Below are positions 1 to 13,820 of a stretch of 64,000 bases of DNA, one piece after another. Location: positions 43,586,001-43,650,000 of the forward strand of contig NC_043009.1 in assembly GCF_006345805.1 (NCBI RefSeq). The letters run 5' to 3'. Both the position numbers and the translations under genes were made by a program. Below the pieces are notes generated by a model. That model worked only from the letters and a program-made list of their open reading frames with translations, had not been told where the DNA came from and made no database searches. The stretch comes from Octopus sinensis (Eukaryota). Numbering within the stretch: position 1 is the first letter of the stretch; each line of letters starts with the position of its first letter.

Positions 1-273
1 GCCAGTCGAAAGTATTTCCATAAAAATTTGTCATAAACTTTCATGGTTGTTTTCAGAACTTTAGTTAATCAGTGTATAATACTTTTTAAAATATTTTTAT
101 TCTTTCAATTGTTTTTATGATAGGTGCCTGCTTGATCAGAACCCGGGATTAAACAACGACCGCTGAAAGATAAAAAAAAAAACCCCAAAAAACAAAACAA
201 ACAAAAACAAGGCAAGTGGAACTGTAAGAGGTTTGAACTCGGAGCAAAGCATTTTGTTCAACACTATAATGTG

Positions 274-304
<31 letters not shown>

Positions 305-315
305 TGTGTGTGTGT

Positions 316-660
316 TGGACTGTAGCTATGCTGGAGCACAGCTTTTGAAGGGTTTTAGCCAAAGAAATTGAACTCAGTATTTTTTAATGAAACAGGGTAC
401 TTATTCTATTAGTCTCTTTTGCTGAAACGCAAGGTTACGGGACATAAACAAAACCAACACTGGTTGCCAAGCGGTGTGTTTGTGTGTGCTTGTGTGTGTG
501 TGTGTGTGTATGGGGGAGGGTACAATGACCCCCCCACACACACACACACCATAAGGTTTTCGCCTACCAAATTCACTCACAGGGCATTGGTCCAGCCCGA
601 AGCACACCGGGTGACACGCAGTAGTACTCGAAGGCGAAACCATGTGATTTGCATAGAAGG
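316..660 (-). mobile_element. SINE type A, diverged
   Basis: Same tail and body flanking an internal (TG)/(CA) tract. Confidence 0.7.
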
Positions 661-709
661 AAATCCGTGAGACAAGTATCTCGAAAAATAATTTAAAAAA
701 ATTATATAA

Positions 710-749
<40 letters not shown>

Positions 750-1836
750 TGATGGGGGTGGAGGGAAGAATAAGAACGAAGAGGATAGAGAGAAGAGAAG
801 AGACAAGAGAATGACCACGGAAGCGGAGTATTCCGATCAAGCGGACATCCCATGCATGACCATCCCACCTTATTTTCAGACATAATATATCTTAGGGCTA
901 CATTATTCTCTCTATGTGTAATTCAGGTAGGGTGGGTTTTTAAAAGTGATTAGGCTATAGTTTGTAGCATGTCAACCGAACACATAGACCTACATTGCTT
1001 TGTGTCATGTTGGTGGTAGAAAGTTCTTAAATCGGGGAGACTACAAACCTCCAATTTTGTATCTGTAGGTAACGGGTTCAAATCTTGGACGGAGACGGGT
1101 TTTTCTCTCTTAAATTTCCTAAGTCAACGATAAAACGGATACCAGTAATATATTTAAGTTGTATTCAAACACCTTTGCATAAATCACCCCGCTACACTCC
1201 ATCCCAACTCTTTTCCCGTCCACACCATACAACTGGGCCTTTTGTTTTAATTAAAAATACCTATACGTTAGAACGCGCACCTTGTCTGTCGTGCGGCCGA
1301 TAACCAGCACACAAGCTGCCAAGGACCAGTTGGATTAGAGCAGACCAAAGGATTTACATCATCATCATCATCATCAACAACAGCAACAAAACCGAGTCGA
1401 CGAAGGTGACTTTACGTGGTCGTTCGATCGCAGAATCGAAACAGCAGCCAACGGGCCTTCAAACCACACCTGAACGTTAAATACACACGAAAACACGCAC
1501 ATTTAGATATATACAATATTTTTAATCAGCTTTCTGGGTTCTTAGGTATTATTCTTCCCATGTCCATTCGGACCCGGAATAAACACCTGTCAGGGTCCCA
1601 GTCACGGGTTATCGAGCGTATGTAATAATAATAATAATAATCCACTTGAATACGGAGGACGCAGAAAAACCACCGGCAGTGAGGGACCCCTAGCTGTTGT
1701 CAAAACATTCTTCAAGGAAAAGAGCACTCTGATGCAAAACCCGAGGTTCCATGTGATTACTGGTCATCTCGCTTCTGCCTGTCACCAGGAGCTTGTTATA
1801 ATCACGAAGACCCGGAGCGTGGTACTCGTGTTGTGG

Positions 1837-2203
1837 AAGCACTCCGTCGGTTACGACGACGAGGGTTCCGGTTGATCCGATCAACGGAACAGCCTGCTCG
1901 TGAAATTAACGTGTAAGTGGCTGAGCACTCCACAGACACGTATACCCTTAACGTAGTTCTCGGGGGATATTCAGCGTGACGCAGAGAGTGACAAGGCCGG
2001 CCCTTTGAAATACAGGTACAACAGAAACAGGAAGTAAGAGTGAGAGAAAGTTGTGGTGAAAGAGTACAGCAGGGATCACCACCATCCCCTGCCGGAGCCT
2101 CGTGGAGCTTTTATGTGTTTTCGCTCAATAAACACTCACAACGCCCGGTCTGGGAATCGAAACCGCGAGTCCGCTGCCCTAACCACTGGGCCATTGCGCC
2201 TTC
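1837..2203 (-). mobile_element. SINE type C (GGCGCAATGGCCCAGTGGTTAGGGCAGCGG head) with type D-like tail
   Basis: A box TGGCCCAGTGG, B box GTTTCGATTCC; tail shared with 3835-3990 and 31340-31515. Confidence 0.85.
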
Positions 2204-2590
2204 ACACTCGTGTTGTACAAGCGTGTTTATCACCATAATCCAACGACGAAGAGATGTTTTGTTATGGGGATCTAAATTCGTTGTTCCATCTATTTTAAAA
2301 GTCCAGTGGCAATGGAAAAGCGGCGACGCGCTTGTAGATCCTAATAAGTTGGAAGCGCATTTGCAAGTTATAAAACTTTCGCCCGTCACCTTATTATGTT
2401 CCCAAACCGTGCAGATCCGCAGCAACGGGACTGAATAGTCACCTGAGAGGTCATGGATGGAAAGGCAGATATGGAATTGACAACGGGAAAGTATAAAGTA
2501 ACTGCAATCATCTATGAGATACATACATATATACACACATATATATGAATATGTATATATATATGAATATATATATATATATATATAGAT

Positions 2591-2749
2591 ATCGTGACGC
2601 ATATTTGCCATTTGAATATGGCTAACCCCTAAGGGTGGATGCTACTGTAGTTTGTAGCCCCAGGAGATATCTCCTCCTGGGGCTACAAACTACAGTAGCA
2701 TCCACCCTTAGGGGTTAGCCATATTCAAATGGCAAATATGCGTCACGAT
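2591..2749. repeat. Perfect 76-bp inverted repeat, 7-nt spacer
   Basis: 2591-2666 is the exact reverse complement of 2674-2749. Confidence 0.95.
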
Positions 2750-2794
2750 GTGTTACCGCTACTGTTTATAACTCGCTCTGAGATTTATCATTAT

Positions 2795-2828
<34 letters not shown>

Positions 2829-2854
2829 CATATATACATATATATACATATACC

Positions 2855-2894
<40 letters not shown>

Positions 2895-3022
2895 GGGTAA
2901 AACTTCATTGGGTAGATTAGCACCCGAGCAACTAAGAGCTTGATGTTATAACAAAAACTACAAAGTCTTGTGGATTTTATCCCAATTATGTGTGTGTGTG
3001 TGTGTGTGTATACAAGAAGAGA

Positions 3023-3122
3023 NNNNNNNNNNNNNNNNNNNNNNNNNNNNNNNNNNNNNNNNNNNNNNNNNNNNNNNNNNNNNNNNNNNNNNNNNNNNNN
3101 NNNNNNNNNNNNNNNNNNNNNN
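3023..3122. other. Assembly gap, 100 N placeholder
   Basis: Run of exactly 100 n. Confidence 0.99.
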
Positions 3123-3834
3123 ACAGAGGGACACACTATGTATATATATTTAGATACCCCTACATATATATATACACACACAGAAACACACATATTGTGT
3201 GCAGACTTGTTATTTTTCATTGTTCTAACCGTGGGTCGTAATGTGCCGTGGTGTGTTTCTGTTCTCAGCGAACCGCGTCGACGACCCAGTTTCGAAACCC
3301 AGTCATATCTTTAGAAAACAGCGAGAAGAAAAGGAGAAAAGGAACAAAGGACTGATGTCTTAACCATTCTTCCTCCACCCCACCTCTCCTGTTAAAAGCT
3401 AGGGGCTACATACATCTAAACAATACATATCATCATCATCATTATCATTATCAATTTTATCGTTATTATTATTATTATTATTATTATTATATTTATTATT
3501 ATTAACATGAGAAAGCATCGCCGTTGTTATTGCTTTTAATACTATCAAAGCGAAGGGTAGGGTAGTGGGAAAATTAATAGAGCGCTTGACAAAATGGCGG
3601 TTTATTGACAAATTTGACAGGACGCTTCACAAAATGGCGCTGTATTGACAGATTTGACAAAACGGTGGCGTATTGACAGATTTGACAGGGCGTTGGACAA
3701 AATAGCAGCGTATTGGCGAGTTCGACTGAACAGACAAAATATTATGGTGTATTTAATTTGGCTTCTTTAAAGTTCAGCGTTCAAAACCTACTGTGTCCAC
3801 TTTCCTTTTTCATCCTCACAAGGCCCATAAATGA

Positions 3835-4129
3835 GGCACTCCGTCGGTTACGACGACGAGGGTTTCCAGTTGATCCGATCAACGGAGCAGTTTACTCGTG
3901 AAATTAATGTGCAAGTGGCTGAGCACTCCACAGACACGCGTACCTCTAACGTAGTTCACTGGAAACTTCAGCGTTTTTGAAATACAGGTAGTATTCATTT
4001 TTGCCAGCTGAGTGGACTGGAGAAACGTGAAATAAAGTGTCTTGCTCAAGGACACAGCGCGTCGCCGGCAATTGAACTCATGAACTTACGATTGAGAACC
4101 GAATACCCTAACCACTAAGCCACGCGCCT
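3835..4129 (-). mobile_element. CORE-type SINE (type D)
   Basis: Minus strand GGCGCGTGGCTTAGTGGTTAGGG...GTGTCCTTGAGCAAGACACTT. Confidence 0.85.
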
Positions 4130-4374
4130 ACACAAACACACACTCATGTATGTATGCATGCATGTCTATAAGAAATACGTTTGCTACCATGGGTGATAAC
4201 AGGAAAGATGATATAGATGCAATGATTTTAATGCAACTTTTATCAAATCTTTTGGCGCTTATAAAAAATGATGAAATGAATATTAATTTTCAAATGAAAA
4301 ATATCTATTAACTTAAAATAGAATTAAATAAAACAAATTTCTCATTCGTATATTCGCAATAAATATATATATTC

Positions 4375-4612
4375 TTTTCCTTGCTTCAGTCATTTGACTG
4401 CGGCTATGCTGGAGCACCACCTTTAGTCGAATAAATCGACCCCCAGGACTTATTCTTTGTAAGCTTAGTACATATTCTATCGGTCCCTTTTGCCGAACCG
4501 CTAAGTTACGGGGACGTAAACATACCGACATCAGCTGGGGTGCGTGGGATACATACGCCACAGAAACCGGGAAACCGGGCCCATGAACCTGGCTAGGCTT
4601 GAAAAGGGCGAC
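4375..4612. mobile_element. Type A tail (minus) fused to type D tail (plus)
   Basis: 4375-4535 matches type A tail; 4536-4612 matches the 3' end of the SINE at 20074-20324. Confidence 0.65.
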
Positions 4613-5083
4613 GTTTTATCTTAATTACCGTACATACGTGTATATATATATATATATGTGTGTGTATGTGGTGTGTGTGTGTGTATGTGTGTGGATTTGG
4701 ATGTATGCATGTGTGTGCGTATATAAACGCAAAAACACTAACAGATACGTGTCTTGATTAAAGGTCTGAGAATCAATCTTTTCTACCCCCCCCCCCGTTT
4801 TTACCTTAAAGAAAAGCTATAACAGTTACAATAATATACAATATTGTTCACGGCTCCATGCCAGAAAATATGAAATTGGATTTTCACAAGAGAATTCGAT
4901 AATTTACCATTCCCGGATACAAATCTAGTGGACTTTACAATATCATAGCGTAGAAGTTATTATACACACACAGAAGCAGAAACTCATATGTTATATAGCA
5001 AGAGATGCAGTACGTGCAGTGAAAGAGAACAGCAAATATGATGACTACAAATGATGCATTAGGAGAGAGTGAGAGTGACAGAG

Positions 5084-5122
<39 letters not shown>

Positions 5123-5194
5123 GGAAAGAGAGAAAGATAGAAAGAGGGGAGAACTAAATAGATGGCTAGTTTATTTATTTACCAATTTACTTAA

Positions 5195-5406
5195 TTATCA
5201 TTATCATTATCATCATCATCATCATCATCATCATTATTATTGTTATTTTATCATCGCTATTATTATTATTATTATTATCATCATCATCATTATTATTATT
5301 ATTGTTATTATTATTATTATTATTATTATCATTATTATTGTTATTACTATTATCATTATTATTGTTATTTTTATCATCGCTATTATTATTATTATTATTA
5401 TTATTA

Positions 5407-5449
<43 letters not shown>

Positions 5450-5455
5450 CATTAT

Positions 5456-5488
<33 letters not shown>

Positions 5489-5518
5489 TATCATTATTAT
5501 TGTTATTTTTATCATCGC

Positions 5519-5552
<34 letters not shown>

Positions 5553-5575
5553 ATTATTATTATTATTAATTATTT
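5195..5575. repeat. (TAT)n microsatellite with higher-order unit
   Basis: Interruption ttgttattttTatcatcgc recurs near 5240, 5362, 5500. Confidence 0.9.
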
Positions 5576-5666
5576 ATTATTTTCTGTTTCTTTAATATAT
5601 TCCTAAATAGATTTGTTACAAAAAAACACTCAACTATCTTGGTACGGAGTCGGTGATGTTTAATCG

Positions 5667-5697
<31 letters not shown>

Positions 5698-6659
5698 TTT
5701 TTTTTTAAGTTGACTGTTTGTGAAAGAGGAGACGATGATAAATATGATAAAGACGACGACGATGATGATGATAATGGTAGTGGTGGTGGTGGTGGTGTGG
5801 TGGTAGTGGTGATGGCACTGGCATTGATCGTGATGATGATGGTGGCTTGCACAAAACGTTAATTGTCAAACTTCTGGTAATGATGGTGGTGGTGGTGGTG
5901 GCAGTAGTTGTAGTAGTAGTGATGGTGGCGGGTGGTGGAGGGTGGTGTAGGTGGTGGGTGGTGGGGGATTGCGTCGGTGGCGACGAAGGTGATGATGTAT
6001 TGATGTTGTTTTCAAAAAAAAAAAAAACATGTCATTTTGGATTACAGGATATAATCACTTGGAGTAATAACGCCACAAGTAAATCCAACTTCCTGTGTAG
6101 TAGGCCTCCTCCTCCTCCTCCTCCTCCCCTCACCCCCACCACGATTGTCAACAACAACAACAAACAACACTAGCAACAACAATAACATCGACAAACACTC
6201 AACAGTGACCAAACTCTTGAGATCGCATTTCACAAATTTATTTTGCATGATCTTGACCAATTCTATAGAAGAAACATTGCTGTGGAACCAAGAAGAAATG
6301 GTCACCAAAAAGAAGTAGAAAAAAAAAAAAATAAGGAGGAAAAAACGCAAGAAAAGAAAAGAAAGAAATCTACTCTACAGACAATACAGGGTTTTTAAGA
6401 GCCTTTCTGCTCTCTACCCGCACCTCCACCCCTATTATGGTCATTATACAGTCATAATTATATACTCATTAGAACACCAATTGGGTTTATAGCCAACCAA
6501 TTTAGAGTGGTGGCCGTGGTAGGGAAGGTGTCACTTGTGTTCTTTAAAGTGAACCCAACTACAAGATTGTTCTTTTTTTTTGGTTAATCAAAATAATTTG
6601 TTTTAAGTGAAAAAAAAATGAAAAAAAAAACATTGGAGTCTAAGGAAACCATATACATT

Positions 6660-6731
6660 GGTTCCGCGATGTGATTATGGGCACTTTGGACTCTGAATCC
6701 AGCGATCCTAGTTCGAGTCTCCGTACAATCT
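6660..6731 (+). pseudogene. tRNA-Gln(CTG) pseudogene
   Basis: 72 nt, GGTTCC...GGACTCTGAATCCAGCGATCC..GTTCGAGTCTC, collinear with metazoan tRNA-Gln-CTG. Anticodon arm intact (CTG at 6693-6695); acceptor and T stems broken. Confidence 0.8.
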
Positions 6732-6875
6732 TAACCGACGTACACTTTGTATCGAGTTGGCAATCCAGAGCAGTGGACTGGCGGAGTCGTTAGAACTTCG
6801 GACTAGTTGTTTTGCGGTGTCTGTTCCAACACTTTTGCGTTCTGAGTTCAAATCTCGCCGCGGCCTACGGAATCT

Positions 6876-6941
<66 letters not shown>

Positions 6942-7025
6942 GTCTGTCTGTCTGTCTATCTATCGCAAAAATTGGATGCTATGTTAATTGATCCGAGTTT
7001 CATCATGGCTACAGAATAATTGTCT

Positions 7026-7058
<33 letters not shown>

Positions 7059-7270
7059 GTATGTATGTATATAGGCGTAAGTTGAGCTTGATGTTTGAAA
7101 GAAACAGCAGCGAAATCTCTTTCAAACTTCATATCAATCTCTTGAAAAGAGAAAGACATGTTCATGAAATAGTGTAGTTTTAAATGATCCCTTAAAAAGT
7201 TTGACCATAGGTTTCCGCTTTGGTACCGACCTGGGGTTAAACGAAAATATCCACATGTCTGCATGTGTGT

Positions 7271-7308
<38 letters not shown>

Positions 7309-7393
7309 AATGTGTGTGCGTTTAGGAATAGTCTGCCATAATTTCCTCAGAATGTACGTCGCCATTTTTGCTGAACTTAAAAGCGTGCGTAAC

Positions 7394-7443
<50 letters not shown>

Positions 7444-8575
7444 AAGGTTTGTTGTTGAGTCTATGAGAAACAAGAATTTCTCCTGCGTTTAACAAAAGTG
7501 TTTTGAGAATGTAAAAAAGCTTACAAACACGAACACAAATTTGTTTGTGTTTGTTGCGCTGCTGCTACTGTTGTTGTCGTTGTTGTTGTTGTTATCGTTG
7601 TTGTTGTTGAGGCTTACCATTAAGGGCCTCTTGAAACGCCAAAGAGGCCTCTATGAATCATCAAGTCCAGTTGATGGCCACCACTTGGTGCTGGCTGCTG
7701 GTTCTTCTGAAGCTTCAGGTTTTCAAACAGAAATTGTCTTTTTAATTAACTAGAGAAAACAACCACCACAACAACAACAACAACAACGACGTCGACAACA
7801 CAAACAACAACTACAACAACAACAACAACAACAAGAACAACAACAAGAGCAACAACGAAGTCTAGAAAGTTCCACTGATCTTATTTTTGTTATAAATGTT
7901 TTCTAATTACCGGTCAAAAATAATATTGAAATAGAACTATGATTCATGTCTTCTCACAAACAGTGGGGGAGTATGTGTGTGTGTATATGTGTGTATATGT
8001 GTGTATGAAAGAGTGTGAGTGTGTATATATGTATATATATGTGTGTGTGTGTGTTTATATGTATGTGTGTTTGATGACTACTTGAAACACTGAGTGTGTA
8101 TGTGTAGCATGTGTTGGACAGCTGAATGAAGTCTTAAATGTACGTAGCACGTAATGTAAGTATATACGAAACTATGCATATGTGTGTGTGTGAGAGAGAG
8201 AGAGCTGTATGTGCAAGAAGAATTCAACTTACGTTGGTAAATGGTTGCAAGTCATGCAACTCAAGTCGGAAAACGACGTTAACACGGAAAAGCAGTAAAA
8301 AAAAAAATTATGTTAGTTTAGATCTATTTCAATAAATATGATTTGTCCACATTCTCACACGTATCGGAATTGGTTTTCCACGTCAGTGTTAGCTTTTAGG
8401 TGTCTTTTGTTCTTTAGAAAAAAGAAAAAAACTTTTATGCTTTAAATATTTGTTGAGACCGACATAAAGTTGGTTAAGTCGACTTAAATTGAGGTTTATT
8501 TTTCAATTCGTTTCTTAAAAAACAACAACAAAAATCTATGGAAACCGAAAACACGCAAAGTATATACACACATAC

Positions 8576-8614
<39 letters not shown>

Positions 8615-8677
8615 CTAAGGCTTCTTGCAGTGATTTATGTGCCTTCATGATATACCCTGGTACATGCAGATACTCTG

Positions 8678-8875
8678 ATATGGCCCAGTGGTTAGGGCTG
8701 CGGACTCGTGGTCGTAAGAACGCGGTTTCGATTCCCAGACCGGGCATTGTGAGTGTTTATTGAGCAAAAACACCTAAGCTCCACAGGCTCCGGCGGGGTG
8801 GGGTGGGGTGGAATGAACCTCGCTGTACTCTTTCACCACAACTTTCTCTCACTCTTTCTTTCCTACTTCTGCCAC
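8678..8875 (+). mobile_element. SINE type C
   Basis: tggcccagtggttagggctgcggactcg...gtttcgattcccagaccggg. Confidence 0.8.
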
Positions 8876-9772
8876 AAAGCAGAGGAACCATGGTGTAATC
8901 CACTATGGTGTGGTAAACTTTCAGACCCTAGTCTAGATTGCGAATCCTCTGTACCCCAGGATGGTTCAGCTCTCCACCCGTTAAAAAAGCCACCGTTTAC
9001 GGAATGAGGACAACAACGTAGCTTTCGCGCCCGTGCAACCGCCAGTCTATCGCGTGTGGTGGGTGGATCTTCAAGCTGCCACACGCACTCTTAGAAGCTT
9101 AGAGTAGGCTCGAATTAGAGATTATTCTTTGTGGCTAATGGCGTGAGTCTTGATTGGAAGAAGAAGAAGAAGAAGAAGAAGAAGAAGAAGAAGAAGAAGA
9201 AGAAGAAGAAGAAGAAGAAGAAGAAGACAGCAACAACAATAACAGCAACCAAACACGCTAATGATTCACTGGCATTGAAGTGTCTTGCTGAAGGGCGTGA
9301 GTTGTTACCTACAGTATATTTTTGAATCTATGACTTAACCTACCTATTTCTCGAGTGACAAATCTTTTTATATACATGTGTGTGTGTGTGTGTGTGTGTG
9401 TTTCTTTTTATCAATACACAAGAAGTACAGTATTAATTGAATTAAATAAAAAACTGAATATGTGTAATAGAGTCAAATATTTATTATTTTTTTTCTTTTA
9501 AGGACGAAAGCGAATTTAAAGTTTCACCAAATCTTTCTTGTTAAACAATAGAAGTCATCAATTTAGTCATCATTTTGGGGATATTGTAGGTGGTATACAA
9601 TATTATCATATCTGGTGTGTGACTATTGACAGAACAATAACTATGAAGAACCACTAGAAGTGGCCCTAAGTCGGGTTGCGTCCTACGGATTTTAAGATAC
9701 TGAAGTAAAGGGACCAGCATAGAAGATGAAAGTCAAGTATGAGGTAAGTTTTATATTCGTGTAGCTGTCAAG

Positions 9773-9990
9773 GTGGCGAACTGGCAGAAACGTTAGCACG
9801 CCGGGCGAAATGCTTAGCGGCATTTCGATCGCGTTCTGTGTTCGAATTCCTTCGAGTTCGACTTTGCCTTTCATCCTTTCGGAAAACGATAAAAGTAAGT
9901 AGCAGTTGCACACTGGAGTCGAACTAATCGATTTATTAACCCCGCCTCCTGCAAAACTGCAGGCTTTGAGCCAAAGTTTGATATTTGAAA
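9773..9990 (+). mobile_element. SINE type B (GGCGAGCTGGCAGAAACGTTAGC head)
   Basis: ctggcagaaacgttagcacgccgggcgaaatgcttagcgg...gttcgaattcc B box...ctttgcctttcatcctttcgg. Confidence 0.8.
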
Positions 9991-10464
9991 TCGATAAGAA
10001 ACGTGTAGCTGTAAAAATTCTTCTAAAGTTTTTGTTGTTCTTTCTTTATGAAATTATGAAAAAAGAAAGAAAGAACGAGACCAAAATATATACGTTCCGT
10101 ATTTGAAAATGTAGATATTCGTGGGTAACGAATTTTTTTTACCAGGGAAAACGGGCATTTCTTCTGCAGAAAACTGAGAAAAATGTGATTTTATAAAGTC
10201 AATAAACTCTATAATGAATATGTATTTTAATGAATTTAGTTTTAAATATTTAGTCATAAATATCCAAAGTTGAAGAATCCAGGTTTTTTGTTTTAAAAAT
10301 GATCCCTATAAAATTTGTATTTTAACAAATATTTTTAGTTTCATTTAATTAATTGTACAACTTACATGTCAGTTAGAAATTTATGTTTATAATTAAATGA
10401 AATAACCATTCTAGCTTTTATTTATTTTTTAAAATATCTTTTACTTGCATCTGTTATTGAACTT

Positions 10465-10595
10465 CGCACATACTGGAGCACCACCTTGACGGGTTTAGGT
10501 GAACAAATCGGGCCCCTATACTTACATTTATATCTTTGTACCTACTTTGGTGCTGTTTTGTTGAACCGCGAAATTATAGGGACGTAAACAAACCA

Positions 10596-10641
<46 letters not shown>

Positions 10642-10735
10642 ATGTAGACATGACAGGCTTCTTTCAGTTTTCAGCAACCAAATCAATTCACAAAGGACTA
10701 TCAGTAAACTAAGGTTAAGACAGTAACCTTGAAGT
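10465..10735 (-). mobile_element. SINE type A, diverged
   Basis: ctggagcaccacc...ggacgtaaacaaacc, (TG)n, gacaggcttctttcagtttt. Confidence 0.65.
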
Positions 10736-11350
10736 ATTTATACAATAAGTGGCTGAGTATTCTGTAGACTCGTATACCCTTAACATATTTCTCAGGTACA
10801 ATCAGGGTGGCACAGTGTATGTGTTGTGTGTGTGTGTGTGTGTGACAAAGATGTACCGTTTGAATCACCGGTACAAATCAAACCGTTAGGCCTCCGTACA
10901 GTCTCTGCGCCCCCGATTTCATTCTCAAGATATTGATCGACTCAATATGATGCCATGTGGTGAGGTTCGAACCAGAGGCCTTAACCACGCGGATGTATTC
11001 ACATACACACACACACACACACACAATAATATAAAATTGGAAGACGAAAGCTCACACGTAGATCCGTGTTTAATGAAATATGATAGTGTTAAACTGCTTA
11101 CGTATGTGTGTATCTATGTATTTGTATATGTGACTTGGCATGTGTACATGTGTATGTACATGCGGATCTATGTGTGTAAACATATGTCCCTATGCGTGTG
11201 TGTATGTGTGTGTGTGAGTACATATGTATATATGTGTACCTGTCTGAGTGTGCATAAGTGTACCTGTGTGTGTGTGTACCGACCTATGAGTGTCACCATA
11301 TATATGTGTGTATGTGGTGTGTGTCTATGCGTACTTGTGTGTGTGTGTGT

Positions 11351-11401
<51 letters not shown>

Positions 11402-12747
11402 GTGTTTGTGTTACTGGTTGTGACTACAATGCGTTAGTGAGACAGTAGAGAGGTATGTCGACATTTCTGAATAGTGTGTTTAGAAATTAAATGTAGTGTG
11501 ACAGTTGGGTCTGTTAGATATCACGCCAGCACCACCACCATCACCACCACTACCACCACCACCACCACCCTCACTGTCACAGCCGCCTCCGCCTCCTTCG
11601 TCGTCGTCGTCGTCATCAACATCGCAACACCCAGAAACTGTCAGGTGGCGCAAAAAAAACAGAGGTGTGTGTGGGGGGGAGGGTGACACAATGTCAAACC
11701 CCACTGCACAGAACAATGCTTCAAAGGAATGGAAACTCATTATCACAGATAAACAGTGATGGTGGCGGTGGAGGTGGTGGTGGTGGCGGTGGCGGAGCGG
11801 AGAAGGTGGTGGTGGTTGTGGTTGTGGTGGACGATTGTGAAAGGTGGAAGTAGCGGTGTGAGGAGTCAAAACAGTTTCTCTGCACCAAAGCCACCACCAA
11901 CCACCACCAACCACCACCACCACCACCACAACCACCACCCTACCACCACCACCACCTTCGAGTTTTTTGTTCCCTCTCCTTTACTCTCTCTCTCTATGTC
12001 CCTCTTTTTATCTAGCCTCACAGCCTCCTCCTCCCCCTCCTCCTCCTCCCCCTCCTCCTCTCCCCTCCTCCTCCTCCCCCTCCTCCTCCCCCTCATCCTC
12101 CCCCCCCCTCCTCCTCCTCATTCTCTCCCCTCTCTCTACACTCATGTAAGTGCTCTCTCTCTCTCTCTCTCTCCTTCCTCTTCCGTGTCATGCTACTTAT
12201 GAAGTGTCTGTTAACTACACCAACGCCACGACAATAACAACCATCATCATCATCATCATCATCATCGTTATTAATAGTAGCAGCAACAACAACAACAACA
12301 CAACAGCAGTCGTTAGCTAATAGTACAAATAAATGAATAAATAAAATGCACTTTCAAGTGTAACTTATTACCACTGAAAACAGCACTGCTAACTACACTA
12401 CTGCCGCCACCACCACCACCACCACCACCACAGCTGCCGCCACCGTTACTGTCCTTAGAAACCACCGCAACCATCACAGCCACCACGACCACCACCGGTC
12501 ACTATGAATGATGGCTTTTGACATTGGCACACGGCCAAAGTTTAACTGGGGAGGAGCTATCCTCAATAACACACACACACACGGACACACACACACACAG
12601 GTATCACACACACACGCACACAGTGACTTCGAAGTTCCGGCTTGCTCGCCTTCGTTAAACATTAAAAAAAAGATAATCGTTTTAACGTCCGCTTTTTTAT
12701 GCTAGCATGGGTCATACAGAACATATATATATGTATGTATGTATGTA

Positions 12748-13002
12748 CTCTTTTTTTTACTCTCTTTTACTTGTCTCAGTCATTTGACTGCGGCCATACT
12801 GGAGCACCGCCTTTAGTCGAACAAATCAACCCCAGGGCTTATTCTTTGTAAGCCTAGTACTTATTCTATCGGTCACTTTTGCCGAACCGCTAAGTTACGG
12901 GGACAAGCACAGACACACACAAACATATACACACACATACATACATACATACATAGATACATACAGACATACACAACACACACACACAACACACAACCAC
13001 AC

Positions 13003-13049
<47 letters not shown>

Positions 13050-13158
13050 GACAGGCTTCTTTTAGTTCTTTCTTTCAACCAAATCAACTCACAATGCTTT
13101 GGTTGGCCCGAGGGCATAGCAGTGGGAATGAACCCGGAACCATGTGGTTGGTAAGCAA
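12748..13158 (-). mobile_element. SINE type A (tRNA head, body, internal microsatellite, 3' tail)
   Basis: Head with GGTTCATTCC B box on minus strand, internal (CA)/(TA) tract, tail GCTGGAGCACCGCC/GTCGAACAAATC shared by many copies. Confidence 0.8.
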
Positions 13159-13194
13159 TATACACATATATATACATACTATATATATATATAT

Positions 13195-13248
<54 letters not shown>

Positions 13249-13565
13249 TATGTATGTGTGTGTGAGTGGTGTGGGTAGCAATGTCTGTTTTCTGAAGTTA
13301 TTTATATAAAAAGACAATTTAACATTAAGCTGAAGAATACTCAATATAGTACATATGTACTTTCACAAGGAAGAAGTCGACAGTGATCTCTACCTTTCGG
13401 ACGGGCCTACAAATTTGAATAATATAATAATAATGAATAATAATAATAATAATAATAATAATATATATATATATATATACACATACATATATAAACACAT
13501 ATAATATATATATATATGCATATATATATACACACATATATTCATATATATATATACACATTATA

Positions 13566-13616
<51 letters not shown>

Positions 13617-13756
13617 CTGTGTAGTGTGTGTGTGGGAGGGTTATATAACACAAGGAAACGAAATTAAACACCGCAAGGTACTTTAATTTAGTTCGGTACT
13701 TTAACAATGCTGCCACTGGCCGTCACAATTTAAAAATCGAATGAAAGAAACTACGT

Positions 13757-13820
13757 CACCACCGGCAGGAATCGAACCCGCACATCACTAGCTTGCCGGT
13801 TTAACCGAACATGCTACAGG
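13757..13820 (-). other. Isolated tRNA-like fragment (SINE head or tRNA relic)
   Basis: Minus strand TAGCATGTTCGGTTAA...GGTTCGATTCC: A-box-like segment and perfect B box. Confidence 0.4.

Noticed and set aside
9735-9750. Perfect plus-strand donor GAG|GTAAGT (another near 56690)
   Set aside because: No matching acceptor or ORF; one or two such matches are expected by chance in 64 kb.
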